The notes beneath the pieces were generated by a model. That model had not been told where the DNA came from, made no database searches, and saw only the letters and a program-made list of their open reading frames with translations. 64,000 nucleotides of DNA, taken from NCBI RefSeq assembly GCF_009834535.1, contig NC_045697.1, positions 109,804,001-109,868,000 of the forward strand. The letters run 5' to 3'. This DNA is from Camelus ferus. Lineage: Eukaryota. Every line of letters starts with the position of its first letter. Positions within the stretch are counted from its first letter, which is position 1. Positions 54,011 through 64,000 of the stretch are shown one piece after another. A program made the translations under genes and the position numbers.

Positions 54011-54060
54011 AATTAATTAATTAATTAATTGGTGGGGGAAGTAATTAGGTTTGTTTGTTT
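54011..54060 (-). mobile_element. 3' tail part of the split Vic-1-like SINE
   Basis: ggtgggggaagtaattaggttt matches the tail of the intact SINE at 10985-11110 (ggggaaataattaggtttattt); outer TSD taaacttagcattt at 53997-54010. Confidence 0.8.
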
Positions 54061-54920
54061 GTCTATTTATTTATTTATTATTTATTTATTTCTTCAGCTG
54101 TGGTTTATCGACATACAGATAGGCTGTACTCTACAGCAACAGGCCTGGAGACAGCTGCAGTAGTTGGGAAGAAGGAAGGGAGAGGATGAAGTGTTTGCAG
54201 CGACAGCCGAGTGGAGTGAAGGGAACAGACGTGCCCAATGATCAAGGTGGGAGTGAGGGAGGCCAAGGGGGTTGGAGAAGCAAGTAAGGGCCAGGGCTGG
54301 AGCCAGAGTCTGCAGAAACTGGAACCACTGCCCCCTGCCCTAACTCTGCTGGCTCTCTCCTGATCCCAGGCCAGGGCTGGGAGTTCTCTGGGTATCATTT
54401 TCTGCAGGAACTGAGTCGAGTACACAAAGGAAAAGAAGAAGGAAAATTGTCATCCTCTGTGTGAAGCTCTGGGGCCTCCAGTCCTGCCTGCAGCCCTCCT
54501 TCGTCCCTTGCTTGGATGGGGCCACATGATGGGGGACCCAGCTCTGAACTACTGCACCAAAACAGGGTCTTCCAAACAGCCATGTTTCACAGAGGCATTG
54601 TCTTCCCTGACATCCCAGCTCACCAGTGCCACGTTACAGCCCCAAGTGAGCACTACAAGTGCTGCTGGCCTAATGGATGGGTTGGGGAAGGCGGGTGGGA
54701 CAGGGGCTGGAGGAGGGGCTCCGGGCCCATCATGGCCCAGGAAGGACCTGCTGGTGTTGGTGAAGGCAGACCCAGGGCGCCACCCAATCAGCACAATGAC
54801 TACATCTCCCGTTTTGATGAAGCCTCGGGCCTTGCCAACGTTCATGGCCAAGTTCACCCAGAGGTCCATGTCCTCTGCCCAGGCCTCCTGCACTGGGTCC
54901 TTATACACCACAGGGAAGAT
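54061..54920 (-). pseudogene. PKM: PKM processed pseudogene, 3' part (end of CDS, 3'UTR, decayed poly(A))
   Basis: IFPVVYKDPVQEAWAEDMDLWVNLAMNVGKARGFIKTGDVVIVLIGWRPGSAFTNT matches the pyruvate kinase M C-terminus. 1-bp frameshift before the former stop TGA (54730-54732). Degenerate polyA signal GATAAA (54104-54109). (TAAA)n tail at 54061-54091. Confidence 0.95.
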
Positions 54921-56139
54921 CCTACGCCCCCGAAGCAGTGCTGCTCTGAGCAGGACGTGCGCTTCCGGGCAATGCTCCTGGACCAGATCGCCAACACCAC
55001 GGTCGGCGGCAACCTCAGCCTGCAGCTGAGCCAGAAGGCGCTCACCACTTTCCTAGATGTGGTGCTTGTCCGGGGTGCCCACACCCTCAGTGCAATCGGA
55101 TAGTGACATCACAGTCCTGAGACACCTGGAGAAGTTGGGCTGCTGCTTAGTCAACTGCCCACAGGGCATTTTAAACTGCATCAACAAATTCTGGATGTCC
55201 CAGGAGCTGGCTGGACATGGGGTCCCCATGCCAGACACCTTCTCCTACGGTGGGCATGAAGACTTTTCCAAAATGATCGATGAAGCCGAGCCGCTGGGCT
55301 AGCCGGTGGTGGTGAAGAGCACGCGCCGACATCAGGGAAAAGCTATTTTTCTCACAAGAGATAAACACCACCTCTCAGACATCTGCCATCTGACCTGCCT
55401 TGACGTGTCCTACCTGTTCCTGAAGGAGTCCTGTGGAAAGGATATCCGGGTGGTGGCTGTTGGGGGCCAGGTGATAGGCTCCATGCTTTGCTGCAGTACA
55501 GACAGATGGACGCAGAGCAACTGCTCTCTTGGTGGCCTGAGCGTCATGTGCCCACTGACGGAACAAGGCAAGCAGCTGGCTATTCAGGTGTCCAACATCA
55601 CGGACACGGACTTCTGTGGCATCGATCTCCTCAACATGGACGATGGCTCCTTTGTGGTGTGTGAGGCAAATGCCAACATTGGTTTCCTAGCCTTCGACCA
55701 GGCGTGCAACTTAGACATGAGTGGGATCATTGCAGACTACACCGTGTCCTTGCTGCCCACCAGGCAGACTGGGAGGATGGCTGTCCTCCCAGGACTGTCT
55801 AGTCCCAGGGAGAAGAAGGAGCCAGATGGCTGTGCTTCAGCTCAGGGAGTAGCAGAGAGCGTCTACGCCATCAACAGTGGGTCCACCTCTAGCGAGCCGG
55901 AGCCTGAACTGAGAGAGCCGTGGGATTCCTCAGCGAGCACAGCGGGGCCCCGGCCCCCATGCTGCCGGACCCCGGCTACAACATTCACAACAGGATTGCT
56001 TCCGAGTTAACACTAAGGTAAATTCCTGCTCTTTGGCTGTGTTTAAACCAAATCCTACTGCTTCCCTAGTAGTTTTGAGCGAATAAAATCTGGACGAATG
56101 TGATTTCATTTGCAAAAAAAAAAAAAAAAAAACCAAAAA
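54917..56139 (+). pseudogene. RIMKLA: RIMKLA (NAAG synthetase, ATP-grasp ligase) processed pseudogene, lacking roughly the first 20 codons
   Basis: Intronless CSEQDVRFRA...[21 protein letters not shown]...[16 protein letters not shown]...[18 protein letters not shown]...[15 protein letters not shown]. Frameshift at ~55073, premature TAG at 55300-55302, in-frame deletion, frameshift at ~55950. Former stop TAA 56019-56021, AATAAA 56082-56087, poly(A) 56114-56139. Confidence 0.93.
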
Positions 56140-56140
56140 C

Positions 56141-56468
56141 CTGGGGATTCTGGGTCACAGCAGTGATGGGGACGCGGGGGTGGTATCTGGCCACCTGGTG
56201 AGCAGACCTGCCAGACGTGGTGAGGACGATGTTGGCCCGACTGCAGCACTTGAAGGAGGCCTCCACAGCACCCACGGTGGCGGCTTCCGTGGGGTGGCTG
56301 GTAACGGGTGCCAGGAGGCTTAGCTCCTCTAATAATTGCAAATGGTAGATGGCGCCCTCTGCCTCACGGGCAAACAGGTGCTGCATGCAAACAGCCTCCA
56401 GGGGGCAGTCCCCTGTGGCCGTCTCTCCAGACAGTATGATGCAGTTGGCTCCATCCAACACGGCATTG
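56141..56468 (-). pseudogene. PKM: PKM processed pseudogene, 5' part (5'-truncated; M2-specific exon)
   Basis: [76 protein letters not shown]...[17 protein letters not shown]; intronless; the IYHLQL..EASFKCC segment is PKM2-type. Confidence 0.95.
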
Positions 56469-56578
56469 TAGGTTTATTTATTTTAATGTTTTAAAAAAAA
56501 TTAATGGAAGTACTGGGGTGTGAACCCAGGACCTCATGCATGCTAATCACACACTACCACTGAGCTGTACTCCACCCC
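56469..56578 (-). mobile_element. 5' head of the split Vic-1-like SINE
   Basis: aatggaagtactggggtgtgaacccaggacctcatgcatgcta...ccactgagctgtactccacccc; outer TSD taaacttagcattt at 56579-56592. Confidence 0.88.
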
Positions 56579-56604
56579 TAAACTTAGCATTTTAAAATGA
56601 CCGT

Positions 56605-56830
56605 AAGCGTAGCAGAGAGCTTTGGAGCATGGGGAACGGATCCAGAGTGCTCTTGGGCTAAGCTGAGTCCCTTCACTTAACAGCATACGATTTTGGTGAA
56701 TCACTTAATCTGTTAGTGTCGTGGAAAGATAATAATACAACCTGCCTCAGATCCTTCTGAGGATTAAACGAGTTCATATTAGCAAAACACTTAAAATAGT
56801 GCTTGGCCCATAGCAAGCGCATGTTAGGTG
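56605..56830 (+). mobile_element. MIR
   Basis: ataataatacaacctgcctcag...gaggattaaacgagttcatattagcaaaacacttaaaatagtgcttggcccatagcaagcg. Confidence 0.75.
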
Positions 56831-57914
56831 TAGTGCTAGTCTGGATTCTTTGTAAATTACTAAAGTTTTCCTTTTGGGGTCTCAGGTGCAGAGGTTTGAA
56901 TGAATTTTACTCCTCTGTTCATGGCAAAATCGATAAACATTATGTAAAGCAGCTACTCTGTAATTTACAAACTTAATATTGCCAGATTTTTAGAGGTGTG
57001 ATTGCTTCAAACAAGGTTGATCTACACACATAGAATTAAAATATGGCACAGTTTATCTGATTGTTATTTGCTATAAAATTCCCCACATAAATCCAGTAAT
57101 ATGGATGGGATGTAACTTTTATTAAAAAGGCATTTTATTTCTTTATTTTAAAGTCTTTAATTAACAAGGTATGAATTGTAACACGAATTTTTAATTTTAA
57201 AATTTTTTAATTTTTAAAATTTTTTTGTGTTATTTCTCTAATGTGTTTTTGGGGGGGGGAGTGGAATGTGACTTTCACAAACTTTCTGTTCTATCATTAC
57301 AATTACCTTTTCTCTCAGCAATATTTTCATAAGACTGTTATTTGGCAAGTCTGGGCTCAGAAGTGCTCTGTACCATACCTGGTATCTTTAACAGGATCAG
57401 GAATGTTGCATCAAAATCATGAAGGCAACTGACTCAGTAGACAGTAAAGCTTTGGAAATCATGAAGTATCAGGATTCCAAATCAGTAAAAGAGCCAGACT
57501 CTAGTAAGTGGATATTAAGAATTGGGTTGCATTAATGAAATCTGTATCTGGCCAACTGACACTTTCGGAAGATGATGTTGACTGTGATATATCCTGGCAT
57601 CTGGAGAAGGAACACTGGCTCCTGGTTACATATATGTGAGGTTTCTGGTACTTGCCAGGGGAAAGAAAGCTCAGAAATGCACATTTAAATGTTAATGATT
57701 CTGCAAAGGCTCACAGACCTTCCTCGAAACATACAGATGAACACCCTCTTTCCTCCAGCCCAGACCAGATTCTGCCTTTTCCTGAGGAAAGGATTGCCCT
57801 GGCCTGCAACAAGTCTTGTAAATTTTCAAGGCTGGTTGTTTTCAATTATTAGAAACATCTTTCTAATTCTGATCCCTCTGGATAAATAGATACTTTCTTC
57901 CAAAGCCAAATTGC

Positions 57915-58065
57915 AGAATGCTAGAGTCTGAGATGACCATAGAGGTCCTCTTCACTTCCTGCTTTATTCTACAGATGAGAGAACAGAGGCTCAGAGGGGA
58001 AAAGCCTGTCCAAGGTGGTGCAGCCAGCAGTGATGTCAAGATGAGGATCCAGACCAGTTTCCCGA
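57915..58065 (-). mobile_element. MIR fragment
   Basis: ttattctacagatgagagaacagaggctcagagggg...tgtccaaggt. Confidence 0.7.
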
Positions 58066-59213
58066 AAGATTGCCAATCATCATCAACTAAAACAGAGAGG
58101 GAATTTTTCTTCTGTGAACTGACTTGTGTCCGACTTACTAGTATTATTTGCGGATTCCACTGAATCAGTAAATCCAAGGGACAGCTCACCAGGAATTAGA
58201 GTTGGCAGGAATCGTTCATCAATGCAACCCCAGGACAGATCTGCTGCTATTGGCTGATACTCCAAAGCCAGCTATGTAACTGACATGGATGGCACTCTGA
58301 CTTGTCACTGTGAGGAAGTCTTTGCAAAGAGTGGTTAGCTGGGATTTGTCACACTTGTCATCAGAACAGAGGGTAAAGATTTTGTTAGGTAAACCCAGTC
58401 TGTTTATAGTACCCTCCAGGGTATACAAAAGTCAGTAGTTTGTTATTGGCTTGGATAGATAGTTATAGGCAGGAATATATATTTATACAGTTGGCATCAA
58501 ATCTGGATTGTATTTCCACACCTAAATGTACTCTCAACGCTGACAACAGTGTGATTACTGCAGAGCTGATCAGATGCCAACTTTTAATTTTTAAAACTAT
58601 TCCTATCAGAAGTTTTTAGGCTCTTGATGCGAGGATGCAGGCTGGGATATTGTTGTTAGTTGATCTGCTAAAGGAAATGCAGCTGAAATGCAAGAGAAGA
58701 AAGGTGTCAGTCAAGATCTGAATTTTTCTCTTGCTCCAAACTTGAGCCTAAGGGGAGTAGTTCTCGGACAAGGCTTTTATAGTTGTTGTTGAAAGTGGCT
58801 TTTAAACGGTCAGGTCTTGATTATGAAATGCTTTTGACCTATGTTTCCTTGATGCTGCCTTAATTTTCTATACATCCATGAGCATGCTGTGATCCCCCCA
58901 GCCCCTCTCTCTCTCTCCATCTGCCCTTTTTTTAGTCCTCCCATATTTCCTTCTACAATCTCCAGGCTGGATTTCAGGGTAGGGTCACGGGCTTCTGTGG
59001 TTCCTGGCCATGAGGTGCTACAGCATCTGTCCTGCTGCCTGCTTGGGTTTTCCTGTCCCCCCGGGGGGCCCAGCTCTGCTGCTGTGGGAGACACGAGGCC
59101 AATGGTGAAGTTTTGGAGATACTTCCTGAATCCAATCCTGGGATCACTGTGGGGCCGACTGAGACTACCCGCAGAAGCCTTGGCAGGTGATTACGCACAA
59201 GAAAGGCTGCAAG

Positions 59214-59749
59214 TGTTACAGAGCCCAAACTCTGCACGCCACATGACAGGCCAGTAAATCAGGAGACAAGGTGTTGGGGCAAGGAATAACAACTTTATTC
59301 AGAAAGCCAGAAGACCAAGACGATGGCAGACTACTGTCCTGGAGAATCATCTTCCCCAAGTCAGAATTCAGGCTTTTTTAATACTAAAAAGGGGAGAGGG
59401 TGTGCTTGGTTGTTGCAAACTTCTTGGTGTAGGAGTTCTTTGTTCTTGGAATCCTTCGTTCTTGCAGCTGTTCACCTGGGTCAGGTCATGGTGTCCCAGT
59501 AAAACCTCCAACAAAACAAACGTTATTTTCTATTGTGCAACTTGTTATCTTTATATGAATGGAAAAGTGTTAATATCCTTAAAGCTTAGAGCCTTGAGAA
59601 TAGGCTCTCCTGTGTATTTCAGCCTCTAGGCAACAGTCTTTTACAAAAGGTGCAGAACCACTAAGACTAAGCCTAGGAAACAGAGCACAGGGTTAAAGAG
59701 AAAGGAACAGATCAAATACAGAGTCAGATTTGTTCTTTCCTATTCTACA
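59214..59749 (-). mobile_element. Probable ERV1-class solo LTR
   Basis: Bounded by tgttaca...tctaca (TG...CA on both strands); minus-strand AATAAA near 59295 (actttattc); no clean TSD seen. Confidence 0.55.
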
Positions 59750-59754
59750 GGGTC

Positions 59755-59912
59755 TGGTGGGCAGAAAGAGCACTGGGCTCAGGGTGAGGGCAGCGGGCTG
59801 CTGGCCCTCATTCCGTGTGGTCCTGGGCAGATCACTCCGCCTCTCTGACCATATGTTCCCTCATCTATGAGGGGACAAGGTTGGGCCAGGCAATCTCTAA
59901 TTCCTTTCCAGT
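59755..59912 (+). mobile_element. MIR/MIR3-like fragment
   Basis: gaaagagcactggg...tgtggtcctgggcagatcact...gttccctcatctatga...atctctaattcctttccag. Confidence 0.6.
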
Positions 59913-61189
59913 TGCAATGCAATTGACTCAGGAGACACAGTTTGATTCAATGCGTATCCAATTCCACTTAACAAGACTCATGATGGGATTCCTCGCTACA
60001 TACGCAAAAGAAAATAAAAATCGATACGTGTTTTGAAGTTACGGTAATTGAATGTGACTGCCCTTGGTGTAATTCCAGCATCAGGGAGCTTATTAAGCAT
60101 TAATGAAGGAGCAGAATGAGCTGAGGTCTCAATCGACTTTTCATTTTAAATTGGACCTGGTTAGTTCATCCTCCACTTACATACCCTGAAATTATCTGAT
60201 AGCAGCAGAGGATAGTTAGAATCCCATTTCAATCAGTGACTTCCGTGGCAGGTAGGGTTGCACGATTCTCTAGTCAGAAGCGTCACTATGGTAACTTGCA
60301 GGGGCCCCTGCCCCAAATGTCCCCCTGTTCATCCATTGTCAGGAGCTACAATCACCCTTGTTCTCTATGCTTCAATGAACACATTCACATTGATAGAACT
60401 TGTTGGACAAAAAAACCCAATCTGTGGTTAAATCCTAGTGACTGGAGAGAAAAGACAAAAATAAGTGAGAGCTTTCTTTTATGAAATGTTGAAAAAAAAA
60501 TCAATGCCCTCCAGTTATCTGATTCGTATAAACATTTAAACCAGAACTCGGTGTAGGGACCCACTCATGAGTTTGCATCCATGTGGAATGAGTCAAACAT
60601 ACTGTGTGAGGATGTATTAAGTGGAAGAGTTGAAAGCAATCCATTTGCCAAATTTCATACACAAAAAAATTAAAACAGATTCACTGTTATCCCTTTAAAA
60701 TGTTTTTTTTTCCCTCTCTCATTGCATGAGAGTGTTTTTAAAAGTCAAGGAACATAGGGGTTAAATTACAATCAGGATGCAGGAAACTGTGTGTTACTTG
60801 GGGATCATCCATAAGATAATGTGAACTTATCTGACCTGGCAGGAAAAAAGTTGAAAATCTGCTGAAGTAAAAGACCCTAGACCGAGCAATTACCAGAGAC
60901 TCATCAAGTACTTTTATAAATATATCATTTTCTTTTTGCTGGGATTATTACACACACACACACACTTTCCTTCATTATGTAAGGTATACACGTTCATTGC
61001 AAAGAAAATGAGCATATTTAGGTAAATATAAAAGTAAGCCATATTCCCAAGTGCAATAATAAGAACCCATCTTAAAGGTTATTGTGATGATTAAATGAGT
61101 GAATATAGATGTTACAAAGTGCCTGGCCCAGAGCAAGCACTTCTGTGAGTGTTAGCTAGCATTGTTATCAGATACTTTGGTTGGTATCT

Positions 61190-62005
61190 TCTGATTTCCC
61201 TTTCCAACTCTGCCTCCCTCAGTGTTTACTAACTCCATTAGTGGCATCAATATTATCATTTTTTTAAGTTATTCAGACCAAAAACTTCACTCCTCTCTCT
61301 ACCTCATGCTATCGACCCAGTGCATTAGACAATCCTGGAAATGCTTCCTTAAATATATACCCAGACTTTTTTTCTCACCAACTCCATTACTGCTGCCCGT
61401 GTTCAAGCCAGAAGCCTCTTCTGCAGTGGCGGTTGAACTGGTCTTTCTGCTTCCACTCTTGCGCCCCCTATAGACTAGTCCTCACACAGCAGCCAGAGTC
61501 CTAGTTAAGCCTCAGCCCAAAACCAACCCAGTGGTTTGCAAAAGACCCTGGCCCTTGCTAGCCCACCCACTGATTTCTTCTCCCACCAGCTCCCAGCCAT
61601 GGGTCCTTCTCACTGGGCTTTGTATGTGCCCACCATGCTTTTCGTCAGCATCTGAGCTTGGTGTCATCTGAGGAGAGCCTGGCACTCCCTCCGTCTTCCT
61701 GCACAATTCTGTCCAAATGTCATCTCCTCAGAGAACTCTTCGCGGATCACGCTATGTAAAATCGTCCCCTCCTCCACACTCCAATTCATTACCCAAGCTT
61801 ACTTTTATTCATAGCGCTAATCCCTCTCTGACATTATATTTAATATTCATTTGTTTATTAACTTTCTCTACCTTTTAATATTGTAAACTGTATATGGGTG
61901 GGACCTCTAGGTGTCTGACTCACTGCTGTCTCCCCAGTGCCTGGAACAGTTCCCGGAGCAGTAAGAACATAGAAGTGTGTCACAGGTACTTGGTGAATGG
62001 ATGAA
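61190..62005 (+). mobile_element. L2 3' region
   Basis: cctcacacagcagccagag...caaatgtcatctcctcagaga...tcactgctgtctccccagtgcctggaacag...tgaatggatgaa. Confidence 0.8.
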
Positions 62006-63734
62006 CGAACATTCTCTGTGTCCACACGTACATTATAAACTTTATCATACTGTACATTGTTTGTGGCCCACTTTAACATTCTGTATTGCAACCTGTGCAT
62101 TTTGCCTGTCAGTAAATAGACCTTCATGACACTATTCTGATTGGTGGCACAAGAGATCTTTGTCTAGTGTATGGATGTACAATAATTAATTGAAACAATG
62201 TATTTTTTTACTCTATGTATATATATTTTTATCAAAGTATAGTCAGTTTACAGTGTTGTGTCAAGTTCTACAATGTTGTATTAATGGACCTTCAGACTGA
62301 TTTAGATTTTTTTCCTATAATAAAGCCTACTGACATGAATGTCTTTAGGAATAACTTTAAATACAGCCACAGGATAAGTTATTGGAAAGGAAGCATGACT
62401 TCAGATGTCCTCATTTGGGGGATTTCATTATAAAACGTAGCATCAGATCATCTTTCAGAGCAATTGTTCTGATTTTGATCCCATCATCAGTGTGGAGGCA
62501 GCCTTTATAAGCTCAGTGTTTGCCATAGAAAGATTCTGGATGCAGAGAAGCAGGGTTGCATTTATTGATCTTGAATAGCACCCCACAAAAGAGAACTGCA
62601 CTCAGCAGCATTTAAAATGTTTTGGTGGATGTAAGGATGAAAAATCTGGCAGAGACTGTTTTGAGTTGAAGCAGAAGTGCCCTTGGGGCCTGTTGATTTG
62701 CAGGGCAAGGCAGATCTTAAAGCCAGGCAGCATAGTCATAGTCGGGCAAAACGCCTGGGAAACAAATAATGTTGTAAAGCCTTCATTTCTGCCCTGAAGT
62801 AGGATGCTTAACATCCATGCCCTTCTGGGTAGAAAAACACTCTCCCAGGAAGTACTACAGGTTTTCAAGGATTCCAGGAGCAAAGATGGTTGGAAAACAT
62901 TCTTGAAGACAAGAATAGGCTGTTCAGTTTTGCCTTCATGCCTTTTCTTGTGATACGCTGGCCCCCACTATCCAAGTTCCCCTTCTGATGTTGTTAAAAT
63001 GCGAGATGATCAGGGCAGGAATAAATGATTTAGAGAAACTTGCATTTCTGTGGTGCTGCATCTGCTGATCTTGAATAGCCATCCAGCAGAAGTGAGGATG
63101 GAGGCGGTCACCCTGCCCCTAGGAAGCTGGCTCCAGGCAGGTCTGGCAGCACCTGGTGGTATGACAGATGCCCCCCAAGTGTTTAATACCCAGGGTGGAA
63201 GACAGAAGCACTCTTCTACACTTGACATTTTCTGCAACCTCAAGGTCAGAGAGAAGAAACTGAAAATGTGATATTCCAGAGGGCCGGAATTTCCTTCAGA
63301 AATTCCCATGAGCCAGTGGGCAGGAAAGCAAGAAAGCCATGGGGTGGCAGGTCCAGGAAAACCTCACGAATGAACTTCCATGGAAAGATTCCCCTGTTTC
63401 TTCTCTCTGAATTCTATTCTGGGGGACTTGAGCCTTGTTTTTCTTGAGGACGAGGCGGGCACCTGTGTTTCCTGGCCCCAGGACCACAGTACCCTTCTTG
63501 CCCACACTCATTTGCCAGCACACATTCAACTCGCCCTCGCTTCAGGCTGCCTTGAACTTGACAATTGTGGCAGAGAATTAGATTGGTCACCACCCTATTA
63601 GGATCAAACACCCTTCCTTAGATATTCTTTCCCCATCTTTCTGGTCCCATGAGTCATAAAGAGAAACAACTCAGAAATTTCCTGATCAAGAGCAGGCTAT
63701 TAATTCTGCTCATGTTACCATGACCTTAAAGCTC

Positions 63735-63820
63735 TCACGTATATGTATGACTGGGGCATCATGCTGTACACTAGAAATTGACACATTGTAACTAACTGTA
63801 CTTCAATTTAAAAAAAAAAA
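63735..63820 (+). mobile_element. Very short young L1 3' end with poly(A)
   Basis: tatgtatgactggg...atgctgtacactagaaattgacacattgtaactaactgtacttcaatttaaaaaaaaaaa. Confidence 0.75.
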
Positions 63821-64000
63821 GAGCAAAGAGAAGCTTTTGAAAACGTTTCGTATTCTACCATGTTCTCTATGCCGGCTCTCCAGCACTTAATCCCTACAAC
63901 AAGTGCTTTGTCCTGGGAATAATTTCAAAATTATTATCATGGAAGCCCCAGAGATAGGCCCTGTGATTCTGACTCCCACAAAGACCACCAAAGAGAAGCT

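Noticed and set aside
55306..56010. Functional RimK/ATP-grasp ligase CDS or bacterial rimK transfer
   Set aside because: It matches mammalian RIMKLA including its C-terminal tail, is preceded by an in-frame TAG and a frameshift, and carries a poly(A). It is a processed pseudogene.
58640..59213. ERV internal region or primer-binding site next to the LTR
   Set aside because: No TGG-initiated PBS follows the LTR end and no gag/pol peptide is visible. It may be an older LTR, but I cannot support that.

Overview
Mammalian, repeat-rich, apparently non-coding genomic DNA. It is most likely camelid: there are four copies of a tRNA-Ala-derived SINE resembling the camelid Vic-1 family, plus artiodactyl-type L1 3' ends. 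I found no intact protein-coding gene, rRNA, true tRNA or CRISPR array. Most of the window is L1, L2, MIR, MLT1/ERVL LTRs, hAT MITEs and microsatellites. Two structures stand out. (1) At ~54.0-56.6 kb there is a three-level nested retro-insertion. A SINE with an intact 14-bp TSD is split by a 5'-truncated PKM (M2 isoform) processed pseudogene with its own TSD. That copy is in turn split by an opposite-strand RIMKLA processed pseudogene, which has no TSD and removed about 30 bp of PKM. (2) At ~5.4-8.5 kb, a ~760-bp piece of an ancient L2 has been copied in inverted orientation into the middle of a MER20 1.6 kb away. The two arms show patchy identity, including a ~330-bp perfect tract. Also noted: a 32/64-bp higher-order minisatellite and a TSD-less SINE at the breakpoint of an L1 internal deletion. 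Repeat family names and parent-gene comparisons come from recall, not from database searches.
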